The notes: generated from the letters alone by a model not told the origin. A stretch of DNA of 64,000 bases from an uncultured Chthonomonadaceae bacterium (GCA_963835065.1 CAWIEK010000063.1:32001-96000), one strand, 5' to 3'. Shown: positions 29,736 to 41,027, counted from the stretch's first letter. Translations and numbers: made by a program.

Positions 29736-30036
29736 TGTGGGAATGGTTGATGGGGTTGGAGATGCGCGGCAACCCTGCACAACATAACTGGCAAGGAAAT
29801 GACATCAATCACATTGTCAGCGAACCGCTCTTGCGCGTTGTTACCTTTGTTTGCGCAGGATAGGCAGCAGGCAAACAGACAACCCCGAACCTCGCAACAG
29901 GCTCAAAATGGCCGTCATTCGGGGTTTGGCTTACTCTCGAAAAAGAGGAAACTATGGCAAAAAAGTGTAATTTTGTGGGTGTTGCTGCCGTTTGTGGAAT
30001 CATTCGGGGTTTCCTATCTCAAACATGAGATAGAGG

Positions 30037-31363
30037 GTTCAAATGAAGGGCTTCCCCTCACGGGGATTGAAACGTTATCGGCACGCTGACCTCATATTGC
30101 CCAGAGCGCTGGTTCAAATGAAGGGCTTCCCCTCACGGGGATTGAAACGTCGTTAGCTGCGATGAATTGCTCAGTTTCTTGCTAGTTCAAATGAAGGGCT
30201 TCCCCTCACGGGGATTGAAACGGGCATGTACCATGAAATTCATTCCTAACCTCTCGTATGTTCAAATGAAGGGCTTCCCCTCACGGGGATTGAAACGTGA
30301 CTCCGATCGTCCAGCATACGGTGCCTCGTACTGCCGTGTTCAAATGAAGGGCTTCCCCTCACGGGGATTGAAACGCGATGGCCGTCCTCGTCACAGTTGC
30401 GATGATCCGGCACGCGTTCAAATGAAGGGCTTCCCCTCACGGGGATTGAAACGTTCCGCATGCGGCCAGCGAGGCTCTGTACCTGCTGCTATGTTCAAAT
30501 GAAGGGCTTCCCCTCACGGGGATTGAAACGGCAGACGCTTCCAGCGAATCAGATGCTTCGCATGCGGTTCAAATGAAGGGCTTCCCCTCACGGGGATTGA
30601 AACGCCCGTACGCATGCAGTATCGACGATCGTGCAAGCTTAGCCTGTTCAAATGAAGGGCTTCCCCTCACGGGGATTGAAACGCATGCGATGCAGGTGAT
30701 CGCATGTGCTATCGCTGTCGGGGTTCAAATGAAGGGCTTCCCCTCACGGGGATTGAAACGACCATGATCTAGAGACATTGAGCGTAGCTACCTTGACCTG
30801 TTCAAATGAAGGGCTTCCCCTCACGGGGATTGAAACGTCTGATCGGCATATAGCCGTTTATGAGCCTGCCGCCGTTCAAATGAAGGGCTTCCCCTCACGG
30901 GGATTGAAACGGTCAGCTCCGCCAACTTGACGTATTGCGAAGCTGCGCGGTTCAAATGAAGGGCTTCCCCTCACGGGGATTGAAACGACAAGACTTCCGA
31001 TGAATGTCGTTCACGAGCTTCATACGTTCAAATGAAGGGCTTCCCCTCACGGGGATTGAAACAGTGACATGCGATGCACGAAGCGTGTCATGCTAGATCG
31101 GCTCGTTCAAATGAAGGGCTTCCCCTCACGGGGATTGAAACGCGCCCGTCAGCGAGCAATCCCATGGCCCTTGGTCCGTTCAAATGAAGGGCTTCCCCTC
31201 ACGGGGATTGAAACGTCAAGTGGCTGCCACACCATTCGCAGTAGCGCTCCACGTTCAAATGAAGGGCTTCCCCTCACGGGGATTGAAACGACTTCACGAC
31301 CTGTCCTGACGTTCAGCCAGCTGGACGCGACGTTCAAATGAAGGGCTTCCCCTCACGGGGATT
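30037..31363 (+). CRISPR. CRISPR array 2: 18 repeats GTTCAAATGAAGGGCTTCCCCTCACGGGGATTGAAAC (37 nt), last one degenerate
   Basis: Counted by eye; 17 spacers of about 36-42 nt. Confidence 0.97.
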
Positions 31364-31439
31364 TGAGTTGAGGGTGATTGCCGCCGGGTGTGAAGGCGCG
31401 GCTTTTGTTCGTGGAACCATCGTGCTGTTGTTGCTTCGG

Positions 31440-32474
31440 ATGGAGAACGCCCGTGCTGTTTGGGGAACTGACGCCACTTCAACGCCTGAGCCTGCTGCCC
31501 TGGCTGCCTGCGCCTGATTTTGCGCCGCTTGCCCCGGAAGAAGCGGACGTTTTGCGGCAGGCGCGGGACCTTGCCGGGGATTTCGGACGCTTTGCCCGTT
31601 GCGCTGCAAACCCCGTTTGCCGGGCTGCGCGTTCCCGCCATAGGGGATATGCCCGGATGCCTGCCGCCGCCCGTCACCTACTGGCCGCTTTCTCCTGCCG
31701 ATCCGCCCGATGTTCGCCCGCCCGATATTGCCGCTTGCCTGCGCGATTGGCAGGCCGACGTGAACGGGCTGAACCTGCTTCCCGCCGTTTCTTTTTCGCG
31801 CCGCTACGCCGCTCTGATGGGACTGGCGCAATCCCATGCGGCCTGTCTTGGCCTGCCCGGTCAGCCCGACATTCCCCTGCTGCAAAGCCGCCGTTTGTGG
31901 AGCGCCCTTGCCGCCTGCCTGTGGACGCTGCGGCAAACACCCGGCGACGGGGAGGAACTCGCCCTGCTTGTGGCCGATCTGTCCGGCATCCAGTCGTACC
32001 TGTTCGGAACCTCTGACGTTCGGCGTGGGCGGCGTGGCCCGTTCCCTCCGCGCCCGCAGTTTCTTTTTGTCGCAAATCACCGCCCTGTTCGCGTGGCGGC
32101 TGCTGGAACAACTGGAACTCCCGCCCGGCAATCTGCTGCTCGACGCTGCGGGCAAGTTCTACCTGCTGTTCGCGCCCACGCCCCGCGCCCTTGCGATTGT
32201 GGAACAGGCCCGGTGCGAAGCCGCCGTCTGGTGTCTCCACGAACTGCACGGCGAACTGGCCCTCAACGTCGGCGTCACCCGCTTTCCGCTTTCCGCCTTC
32301 ACGGATGGCAGTATCGCCCGCGCGTGGCAGGACGCGCAGCAGTCTATCGCGCAGGCCAAGCAGCAGAAATTACGGGACGCGCTGCAAATCTTGGACGGGC
32401 AATGGCCGGGTTGTTTAACTCCGATTGTGGCCGGTGACAGGCGTAACAGTCGTTTCACCCCATCACGATGTTGA
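31440..32474 (+). pseudogene. cas10: Cas10/Csm1 remnant (first Palm region), frameshifted, no HD domain, truncated before GGDD
   Basis: LLVADLSGIQSYLF, then (shifted frame) ARSLRARSFFL..NLLLDAAGKFYLL..AKQQK, matching Csm1 GDxSGIQxF / LRGRSF / GGxFYLL. Ends at the leuS 3' end. Confidence 0.8.
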
Positions 32475-35320
32475 CCAGCTTGCCGGGTACGACGATTACT
32501 TTGCGGATTTGCTTGCCGTTTTGCTCGGCCTGCACTTTTTCGCTTGCCAATGCCAGACGCTCGATTTCCTCGTTTGCCGTGCCGGGAGCGACCATCACGC
32601 GATCCCGCAGCTTGCCGTTGACCTGGACGACAATGGTAATCTCGTCTTCTTTGGCGGCTTCCTCATCCACGCTCGGCCACGATTGCCGGAACGTGCTGCC
32701 CACTTTGCCCAATCGCTCCCACCATTCGTCGGCCAGATGGGGCGTAATGGGCGACATCAGCAGGGGCAGGGTTTCCAGAACTTCCGACAGCAGCGTGGTT
32801 TGCGCGGGCGAAGGCTGATTGCCCGCCAAAGCGTTGCGGAAAGCGGACAGTTCGTTGGTAAACTCCATCAGCATGGCAACCGCCGTGTTGAAGCGGAAGT
32901 TTTCCAGATCGTCGCCCACCTTGCGTATCGTCTGGTGCAGCTTGCGGCGCAGTTTACGCTCGTCCTCGCCCAGCCATAATGGGTTCTGGTCGCCTTCATC
33001 GGTATTGATTTCGCGCTGCGTCAGCAGATTGGGCAGGTCACGCTTCCAATCGGCCTGATAGTGCGGGCGCAGTTCCGTCCACAAGCGCCATACGCGATTC
33101 ACGAACTTAAACGCGGCCTCAATGCCCTTGTCCGTCCATTGCACCGTTTCTTCAAAGGGCGCGACGAACAGGCCGAACAAGCGCAGGCTGTCCGCGCCGT
33201 ACTGATGCGCCATGTCGTCGGGCGTGACCACGTTGCGCATGCTTTTGCTCATCTTGACCCACCGCCATACCCATTCGTTTTCCGGCACGGCGGCCCGCTC
33301 TTCGGGCAGCAGCACCTTCCAGTTTTCGATGGGTTCGCCGCTGTCGTTTTCCTCCCCTGCCGCGTTGACTTCCACGTCCTTTTTGATTTCGCGTCCGGGC
33401 GTATAGGCCAACAACATGCCCTGATTTTTCAGGCGCAGAAACGGCTCGTCGAAATTGATGTACCCGGCGTCATGGATTACTTTCGTCCAGAAGCGCGAGT
33501 ACAGCAGGTGCGACACGGCATGTTCCGCGCCGCCCACGTACAGGTCAACCGGCAGCCAGTATTTCACGATTTCCGGGTCGAACGCCTGCATCGCGTTGTT
33601 CGGGTCGGCAAAGCGCAAAAAGTACCATGAGGAGCAGGCCGTGCCGCCCATCGTGTCGGTTTCGCGTTTGGCCGGTTCGCCGCACTTAGGACAGGTGGTA
33701 TTTACAAATTCCGGGATGCCCGCCAGGGGTGACTCGCCCGTTCCTGTCGGCTGATATTTTTCCACGTCCGGCAGCAGCACGGGCAATTGGTCGTCGGGAA
33801 CGGGAACGTCGCCGCACGCCGGGCAGTGAATAATCGGAATCGGGACGCCCCAATACCGCTGCCGCGAAATCAGCCAGTCGCGCAGGCGGTAGTTGATAAC
33901 GCCCTTGCCGACATTGCGCTCTTCCAGCCAGCGAATGATTGCGCCGACGGTTTCCTTGTTGTTGGGCAGGCCGGCAAACGGGAACTCGGTTCCGGCCTGG
34001 GCGTTCGGCAGGGGCATAAAGTTCGCCATCACGCCGCCCGCAGGCGCGGCTTCCGTCATCGCGTCCGCCGTCTGTTCCGCATCCGTCTTGTATACCAGCA
34101 CAACCGGAATGTCGTACTTGCGGGCAAACTCGAAGTCGCGCTGATCGTGCGCGGGAACCGCCATAATCGCGCCCGTGCCGTAGCCCATCAGGACGTAATC
34201 GGCAATCCAGATCGGAATGGGTTCGCCCGTGACCGGGTTTTCCGCATAAGCGCCCGTAAACACGCCTGTCTTGGTACGCTCCAAACTTTGCCGCTCGATC
34301 TCGCTTGCCCGCTGCGCCCGTTCTTTATATTCGCGCACCGCATTTGCCTGTGCGGGCGTGGTAATCTGCTCCACCAAAGGGTGTTCGGGAGCCAGCACCA
34401 TAAACGTCGCGCCCCACAGCGTGTCGGGACGGGTGGTAAATACGGAGAGGGTGTCGGGTGTCGGGTGTCGGGTGTCGGAAGAAGCGGACGTGGCATCACT
34501 GCCGGCATTCGCTTTCGATACCCGATACCCGACACCCGACACCCTGAACGCGACTTCCGCCCCCTCGCTTCTGCCGATCCATTCGCGCTGCATGTTGCGG
34601 ATGCCGTCGGGCCAGTCTACCGTGTCCAGGCCGGACAGCAGGCGCTCGGCGTAATCGGTGATTTTGAAGAACCACTGGGGAATGTAGCGCTTTTCCACCA
34701 GGGTTTGGCAGCGCCAGCAGCGCCCATTGACGACTTCCTCATTCGCCAGAACGGTCTTGTCTTTGGGACACCAGTTGACGGCGGCGTTGGAGCGGTACGC
34801 CAGGCCGCGCTTGTGCAGCAGCAGGAATATCCACTGCGTCCACTTGTAGTAATCGGGGGCGCTGCTGTTGATTTCCCGCGACCAGTCGTAGGAGATGCCG
34901 ACCAGTTGCAATTGCCGCTTATAGTTGGCGGCGTATTCGGGAACCATATCTTTGGGATTGCGCCCCTGCTTGATGGCCTCGTTTTCCGCCGGCTGCCCGA
35001 AAGCGTCCCAGCCCATCGGGTGCAGCACATTATAGCCCTGCATACTCTTCAAGCGGCTCACGGCGTCCAAGGGCACATAATTGCGGCAGTGTCCCACGCT
35101 GATACCCGCGCCAGACGGGTAGGGAAAGAAGTCCAGGCCGTAGAATTTAGGTCTGTCACTCGGAATTCTCGACCCGAAACAAGCCCGTTTCTTCCCAACG
35201 CGCCTGCCACTTGCGTTCAATGGCGCGAAAGTCGTAGCGGTTTTCGTTTTGCTCCGCGCTCGGCTCGTTGTCAGGAGCGTCAATGGAACCCGGAACCTCG
35301 TTGATACTGGCAGTCGTCAT
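32455..35320 (-). CDS. leuS: Leucine--tRNA ligase; single frameshift near 35165
   Basis: YDFRAIERKWQARW, FPYPSGAGISVGH, FTTRPDT, GYGTGAIMAVPAHDQRD, LRDWLISRQRYWG, KMSKS, VQVNGKLR. Confidence 0.97.
34448..34545. repeat. Inverted heptamer arrays (GGGTGTC)n ... (GAYACCC)n inserted in frame in leuS
   Basis: Arms at 34448-34478 and 34516-34545. Encodes RVSGVGYRVS..DTRHPTPDT. Confidence 0.9.
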
Positions 35321-35351
35321 GGTAAGCCTCTGGTGGTAAGTTGGTGATTGA

Positions 35352-35390
35352 TAAAAAGAAACCCGGTCAACCGCGTTGCGGTCGCCGGGG
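35352..35390 (-). terminator. Attenuator terminator upstream of leuS
   Basis: Minus strand CCCGG-CGACCGC-AAC-GCGGTTG-A-CCGGG-TTTCTTTTT. Confidence 0.85.
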
Positions 35391-35420
35391 GACGTGCATC
35401 GAAAAAGGTCGGCCAACCGC

Positions 35421-35516
35421 TCAAAAAGAGACGCGCAAAAGCGCAAGGCTCTGAAGAAGGAGCGTGGCAAGCCGCGCAGAGGCGGGAAAAGAACGGTTGT
35501 GCGTCGAATAAGCCAT
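35421..35516 (-). CDS. leuS leader peptide MAYSTHNRSFPASARLATLLLQSLALLRVSF
   Basis: 31 codons with 7 Leu among codons 16-27 (five CTT). The stop is followed by an antiterminator segment and the terminator. Confidence 0.75.
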   Translation of the reverse strand: MAYSTHNRSFPASARLATLLLQSLALLRVSF

Positions 35517-35636
35517 TGAATTTATATCAAATTTATAGCCGGGTTTCTACCCTGACAAGACCGGAGGGGAACGGCAAAAGTTGCGCGTCCCAACAGTTGT
35601 ATCATTATACGCTTTACATACGGTTTCGTCAACGGC

Positions 35637-37050
35637 TTACGCGGGTTGGCGCAAAACGAGCGGCACAAGAGCTTGATCTTCCAGAATGGTTTTAACGCGG
35701 CTGGAAGCCGCAAGCGCGCGGATACCTTCCGGGGTTGTTTCCACAGGAAGCACACCGAGAGCATTGGGACGTTCCGCTAATCGTTTTCCGGCAGTCTGCG
35801 CAAGGATAAGATCAATTTCCGGCAGAACAGCCTCCGTCAAATTGCGTACTGCCTGCGCAAGTTCCTGACGCTCGGCGCGGGTGCGCGGCGGTTTTTCAGG
35901 AGCGGCAACGCCGGAAACGTGCGGGGTTGCCATAGACGTGCCATTCATGTAGGTATACTCAACCGTACCCGTCGGACGTTCCGCGGCGGAATACAGGAGT
36001 ATACCTGTACGCCGGGGGCGGCGACATCGGGCTTTGTGACCGAATCCGGCGTTTCGCCGGGAAAGACCAAACTTGCGCCGCTGCTGAACGCGGCAATGTC
36101 CAACTTGCCGCCGGGCATCTTTTCCACCGCGCCGACAGAGAACGTATTATAGACGCTGCCGGGACAACTGGTGTTACCATGATTTTCGTTACCGATAGCC
36201 ACAACGGGCAAGATGTTGTACAGTTCGATCAGCGGCCTGAGAACTTCCACAAAGGGTCCGTAAAAGTATAAGTTCCCGTTTGCAAAGGTCAGCGTTCCCG
36301 CCTGTTCGGGAAGTTATACTTTTACGAACCCAAAGTAGGGTTCATAGTAGGTGAAGCCAAGCGACATATTGATGATGTCTACACCGTGATCCACCGCCCA
36401 ATCAATACCCTCCACCAGTGTTCGCAGCGTCGAGTCGCCAACCAGAACGCCGCCGACAAAAAGATTGGCTTCGGGCGCGACGCCGATGGCAACGCCTTCC
36501 GGGGTTTTGCCGCCCGCAATCGTGCCGCAAACATGCGTACCGTGCATCCCCGCATCGAACGAAAGGCTGGAAGTAATACGCCGTCCTAACGGGTCAACAA
36601 GGATAAATTCTGCAATACGATCCCGCAAGGCCGGATGTTCGCCATGAACGCCGTATCCAGAACGGCTACATTGATATCGGCTCCTCTGGTCTGCTCCCAT
36701 AGTTTTGGGATGCCAAGCTGTTTCAATCCCCAGGTTACGCCGTCCTTGCTTTCCTGACGGCCTAACTCGTTGTAGTTGACTTCTTTTGACTGAATCAGGC
36801 GTATCTTCTGATTCGGCAGAATAGCGATCACTTCCGGCCTTGCGGCAAGGTCGGGCAGCGTTTTCCGAGTCACTTCCACATTGGCAATCGGCAGCGTGGT
36901 TTTGCCAATTGCGGATACTGCCAATTCCTGATGGCCGGGAAGCTGTTTGGAACCTTTCGCCTGATAATCTTCCAGAAAAGCGGCCTGAACCTGCGAGAAT
37001 GGCAAACAGGTAGACAAATCCTTTCGGTAAGGGAATAGAGGGGAGGTCGC
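35637..37050 (-). pseudogene. Subtilisin-like S8 peptidase, fragmented, fused to the end of a downstream small gene
   Basis: VAVLDT, HGTHVCGTIAG, VVAIGN, KPDVAAPG and NGTSMATPHVSG are spread over four ORFs. Confidence 0.85.
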
Positions 37051-37058
37051 AACTCCAC

Positions 37059-37216
37059 AGGCGAGAGTGTGGTTGCCCTTGACCACTTCCAGAGCCAGTT
37101 TTGCTTTGAACTCGGCAGAATAGCGTTTACGGGTTGTAGACATGGTAGGTTCTCCTGTGTTCATTGTGACACAGCCACCACCTTAAACCACTGTCCGAAT
37201 TCTTGGGGTCATTATA
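37059..37216 (-). mobile_element. IS3-family left-end remnant
   Basis: OrfA start MSTTRKRYSAEFKAKLALEVVKGNHTLA (ATG at 37143) preceded by an IR-like TATAATGACCCCAAGAATTCGGACA...TTAAGG. The rest is missing. Confidence 0.7.
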
Positions 37217-37219
37217 CTC

Positions 37220-37639
37220 TTACCGCTCGTGGACGAAGCGCAGCTTGCCGACATTGTTGCCGCGCAGGAAGGCTATCCCCGCCGCCTGATCGGTTCGGAC
37301 CAGAAACTCATGATCAACGGCCGGCCCCTTTCCCTGCCCGCGCCCCTCGCATACGCCAACGGACGCTGGCTTGCCCCCGCAGAAGCCGTCGCGCAGGCAA
37401 TGGGCGGGCAGGTCACGAAAACGGGCGAGGACGTCAGCATCACAGCGGGGCGTCCTACGCTTGTTCTGCATCCCCTGCAAACATCGGTAGAATTCGACGG
37501 CCAGAAAAAACCCAACTTCCCCTGCGCCAGCATGGACGGCATCGCCTACGCCTCCCTGCGCACCCTCGCCGCCCTCTTCAACACTGCCATCACGGAACCT
37601 GCGAAGGGAACGCTGAACATGCAGATTGCACAGAAATGA
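37220..37639 (+). pseudogene. C-terminal (stalk/copper amine oxidase N-like) fragment of an L,D-transpeptidase paralogue
   Basis: Aligns to the C-terminal third of 37837-39057 (LIGSDQKLMING vs LLGTDQKIKVNG). Begins at the IS end. Confidence 0.7.
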
Positions 37640-37713
37640 ACCACCAAGACACAAAGAACACCAAGTTTTCTATTCTTGTCTTTTCTTGGTGTTCTTTGTG
37701 TCTTGGTGGTTCA
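37637..37713. repeat. Perfect 29-bp inverted repeat (REP-like hairpin)
   Basis: TGAACCACCAAGACACAAAGAACACCAAG at 37637-37665 and its reverse complement at 37685-37713. Confidence 0.9.
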
Positions 37714-37836
37714 AACGAAATCTTGATGGTCCCAAACAGCCTTCGGAACAGGCAGGCGGCGGTTTGCGTCTGCTGAGGGAAAGGCCGCGAGCGTTGCTGA
37801 CCGCACAAGGAACGCCGCGCGAGAAACATTAAAAGC

Positions 37837-39057
37837 ATGATAGGCAGTAAGTGGGCGAGGTTGTGGGGCATTGTTTGTGGTATCGGAATGGGTTTGGGAG
37901 CGCGGGCGGGCGCGGCAGTCGGTATCGAGCCGATGGTGGGCGCGAACGCCAAATATATTGTGCGCAAGGGCGATACGCTGCTGAAAATCGCGCGGCGCAA
38001 CAATCTAACGCTGTCGGTTTTGGCGCAGGCGAACCGGGGAAAAGGCAGGCGCGTTCGACCGGGGCAGACGGTGATTTTGCCTTCTCTTTATATCCTGCCG
38101 CGCAATCCACAGGACGGCATTGTAATCAATGTGCCGGAGCGTCAGGTGTATTTGTTTGAGGGCGGCGCATTACGCGCCCATTACCCCGTTTGCGTCGGCA
38201 AGCCCGATCCCAAATGGCAGACGGCATTGGGAACCTTCAAACTTGTTGAGAAAAAGACCAATCCTACGTGGCGTCCGACCAAATCCATTGTAGAAAGTTC
38301 CGGCATCAAGGACGAACCCGTGCCGCCCGGTCAGGAAAACCCGCTTGGCGACCGCTGGATGGGCTGGAGCAAGCCGGGCTTCGGCTTCCACAGCACCATT
38401 GCGCCGCAAAGTATCGGAACCGCGTCTTCGCACGGCTGCGTTCGCCTGTACCCCGAATCTGCTCACGCTATGTATGACCGCGTGAAAACGGGCATGACCA
38501 TTTATGCCGTTTATGAGCCGGTAAAAATCGGCAAAAGCAACGGCAAGCTGTTCCTGAGCGTATTTCCAGACATCTACCATCAGGGCGTGGCAAGTGTGCC
38601 GCACGTGCAGAAGATTTTGCAGCAGTTTGGCCTGCTTGCCTTCACGGATGATGTTAATCTACGCCGCATTATTGGCAATCAATCGGGCGTCCCGCAGGTT
38701 CTGCTTGGCACGGATCAGAAGATCAAGGTGAACGGCAAAGTGGTGGCATTGCCGCTTGCGCCCATTTCGGTACGCGGCAGTTGGGTCGTTCCCGCAAAAG
38801 AAATGACAGGCGCGTTGGGCGGGCAGGTCGCTTCGGCAGGCAAGAACAGCATTACTGTCACCTGTAAAGGCCACAGCCTGCTGCTCACTGAAGGAACCAA
38901 ACGCGCGAAATTGGACGGCAAGCCCATTACTCTGCCCATTGCGCCCGGACGTATCCAATCCGTCCTTGTCGCGCCCCTCGCCCCGCTTGCGCAGGTGTGC
39001 GGCGCGGCCCTGACGCACCCGAAAGGGCAGGCGATTGCCTTAAACGTGAAGGGCTGA
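37837..39057 (+). CDS. L,D-transpeptidase (LysM + YkuD + stalk domain)
   Basis: YIVRKGDTLLKIA, NPLGDRW, FHST..SIGTASSHGCVRL. Confidence 0.92.
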   Translation: MIGSKWARLWGIVCGIGMGLGARAGAAVGIEPMVGANAKYIVRKGDTLLKIARRNNLTLSVLAQANRGKGRRVRPGQTVILPSLYILPRNPQDGIVINVPERQVYLFEGGALRAHYPVCVGKPDPKWQTALGTFKLVEKKTNPTWRPTKSIVESSGIKDEPVPPGQENPLGDRWMGWSKPGFGFHSTIAPQSIGTASSHGCVRLYPESAHAMYDRVKTGMTIYAVYEPVKIGKSNGKLFLSVFPDIYHQGVASVPHVQKILQQFGLLAFTDDVNLRRIIGNQSGVPQVLLGTDQKIKVNGKVVALPLAPISVRGSWVVPAKEMTGALGGQVASAGKNSITVTCKGHSLLLTEGTKRAKLDGKPITLPIAPGRIQSVLVAPLAPLAQVCGAALTHPKGQAIALNVKG

Positions 39058-39107
39058 GTACATGCCGGTAGGCTATAGAACTGTTACGCTATAGAAGAGG
39101 ATGATGT

Positions 39108-40403
39108 ATGAATAGAGAAAAGTCGCGGGAACTGTTTGCGCAGGCGACGGCTGTAATTCCGGGCGGCGTGAATTCACCCGTGCGGGCGTTTCGGGCGGTG
39201 GGCGGCGATCCCCTGTTCATCGAGCGGGGCGAGGGCGCGCATCTGTACGACGCGGACGGCAACCGCTTTTTGGACTGCATCGGGTCATGGGGGCCGCTGG
39301 TGTTGGGACACGCGCACCCGCAGATTATGGAAGCGATTCGGGATCAGCTTGCCAGAGGAACCACGTTTGGAGCGCCGACGGCATTGGAAGTGCAGATCGC
39401 GCAAATGATCTGCGAGGCCGTGCCGAGCGTGCAAAAAGTGCGGCTCGTTTCGTCCGGCACGGAAGCCACTATGAGCGCGATACGGGTGGCGCGGGGCTAT
39501 ACGGGCCGAGATAAAATCGTCAAGTTCGAGGGAAATTATCACGGCCACGCGGATTTTCTGCTTGCCAAAGCCGGGTCAGGAATCGCCACGCTTGGCCTGC
39601 CAGAATGTGCGGGCGTACCGGTAGGAACAACCGCCGACACGCTCACGCTTCCCTACAACGATGTTCAGGCCGTCCGGGATTTGTTCGACGCGCAGGGCGA
39701 TACTATCGCCTGCGTGATCGTGGAACCGGTTGTCGGCAACATGGGCTGTGTGCCGCCCCACGCCGATTTTCTCCCCGCCCTGCGCGAAGTGACGGCAGCC
39801 AACGGCAGCGTTCTTATCTTCGACGAAGTGATGACTGGCTTCCGGCTGGCGTATGGCGGCGCGCAGGAACGCTACGGCATCGCGCCCGATATGACCACAT
39901 TAGGCAAAATCGTGGGTGGCGGCCTGCCGCTCGGCGCGTATGGCGGCCATGCCGAAATCATGGACTCGGTTGCGCCCGTAGGGCCCGTCTATCAGGCGGG
40001 AACGCTGTCCGGCAACCCCGTCGCCGTCACGGCGGGATTAGCCATGCTGCGCCTACTCCGCGCCAACAAAGCCGAAATCTACCCACGATTGGAAACAATC
40101 GGCGCGCGATTGGCGGACGGCCTGCGCCTGCTTGCCCGAAACCACAACATTCCCGCCGTCGTCAATCAGGTAGGCTCTATGCTGACCGTGTTCTTCACGG
40201 ACGCAGAGGAAGTGACGGACTACGCTTCCGCCAAAACCAGCGACACCACGCGCTTCGGCAATTGGTTCCGCGCTCTCCTGGAGGAGGGCGTGTACTGGCC
40301 CCCCTCCCAATTTGAAGCCGCTTTTCTGTCCGCCGCCATGACGGACGACGATATTGCCTTTCTGCTGGCAGGGGCTGGGAAGGCTTTTGAAGGGGTGAGA
40401 TGA
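39108..40403 (+). CDS. hemL: Glutamate-1-semialdehyde 2,1-aminomutase
   Basis: [53 protein letters not shown]. Confidence 0.97.
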   Translation: MNREKSRELFAQATAVIPGGVNSPVRAFRAVGGDPLFIERGEGAHLYDADGNRFLDCIGSWGPLVLGHAHPQIMEAIRDQLARGTTFGAPTALEVQIAQMICEAVPSVQKVRLVSSGTEATMSAIRVARGYTGRDKIVKFEGNYHGHADFLLAKAGSGIATLGLPECAGVPVGTTADTLTLPYNDVQAVRDLFDAQGDTIACVIVEPVVGNMGCVPPHADFLPALREVTAANGSVLIFDEVMTGFRLAYGGAQERYGIAPDMTTLGKIVGGGLPLGAYGGHAEIMDSVAPVGPVYQAGTLSGNPVAVTAGLAMLRLLRANKAEIYPRLETIGARLADGLRLLARNHNIPAVVNQVGSMLTVFFTDAEEVTDYASAKTSDTTRFGNWFRALLEEGVYWPPSQFEAAFLSAAMTDDDIAFLLAGAGKAFEGVR

Positions 40404-40906
40404 GAAAACCGCGTTACGGGCGTCCCAACCGGGCGAGTTTGTTGGGCGTGATGTTGCTGAATGGGCTGGTCGGGGCGATAGTGTTGTATCTGGTGTGTAC
40501 CCTGTTCGGCGTCAGCACAATTATTTTGAACGGGCTGGCCGCGCATGGAATTCAGGTTTCAGAAAGATGGAGCGTGGTGCTGCCGATGCTGCCCGGCGTG
40601 GCAATCGGCATGGGGTGTTTGTGGTACTGGCTCGTCATTATCGGGCGGACAAAAGGCGTGCAATGGGGCGGGGCGCTGGTGTACGGCGGCGTCCTCGCAG
40701 CCTGCAACGTGCCGATAGCGGGCCTGATTTTAGGGCTTGCGGAAGGCGTTCCCTCCGACCAATTGCTGATGCTGATGCTGATCGCCCTCGCCCTGATGAT
40801 GCTTTCCCCCGCCATGATTGTGGCGATGCTGCTGTCCGGCGGCATTATGGGCCTGTTCAACGCCCGGCTGGCCCATGCGTGGATTGCGTGGTATAAGAAG
40901 GTGTAG
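40400..40906 (+). CDS. Hypothetical membrane protein
   Basis: 4-5 hydrophobic helices; ATGA overlap with hemL. Confidence 0.7.
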   Translation: MRKPRYGRPNRASLLGVMLLNGLVGAIVLYLVCTLFGVSTIILNGLAAHGIQVSERWSVVLPMLPGVAIGMGCLWYWLVIIGRTKGVQWGGALVYGGVLAACNVPIAGLILGLAEGVPSDQLLMLMLIALALMMLSPAMIVAMLLSGGIMGLFNARLAHAWIAWYKKV

Positions 40907-41027
40907 GGTGTTGGGTGTTGGGGGAACATCCATACTCATGCTCTTACCAAATATGTCGAACAAGGTTGACGCCAGATGCAGCAAATCCCAAACCCAACAC
41001 CCAACACTCAACACTCAACACCCTTCA

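Noticed and set aside
26982..31341. ORFs of 60-219 aa over the CRISPR arrays
   Set aside because: They are translations of repeats (CNARLPLTGIET, MKGFPSRGLK), not genes.
35150..35180. Programmed frameshifting in leuS (also in the PQQ dehydrogenase and ABC permease)
   Set aside because: No slippery heptamer, and single-base insertions recur across unrelated genes, which fits sequencing error.
33787..35304. Long antisense ORFs (505 aa opposite leuS, 506 aa at 45997-47517 opposite ahcY, and others)
   Set aside because: Shadow frames of GC-rich genes with no motifs.
35330..35620. T-box riboswitch upstream of leuS
   Set aside because: No GGTGGNACCRCG T-box bulge; the leader-peptide model fits better.
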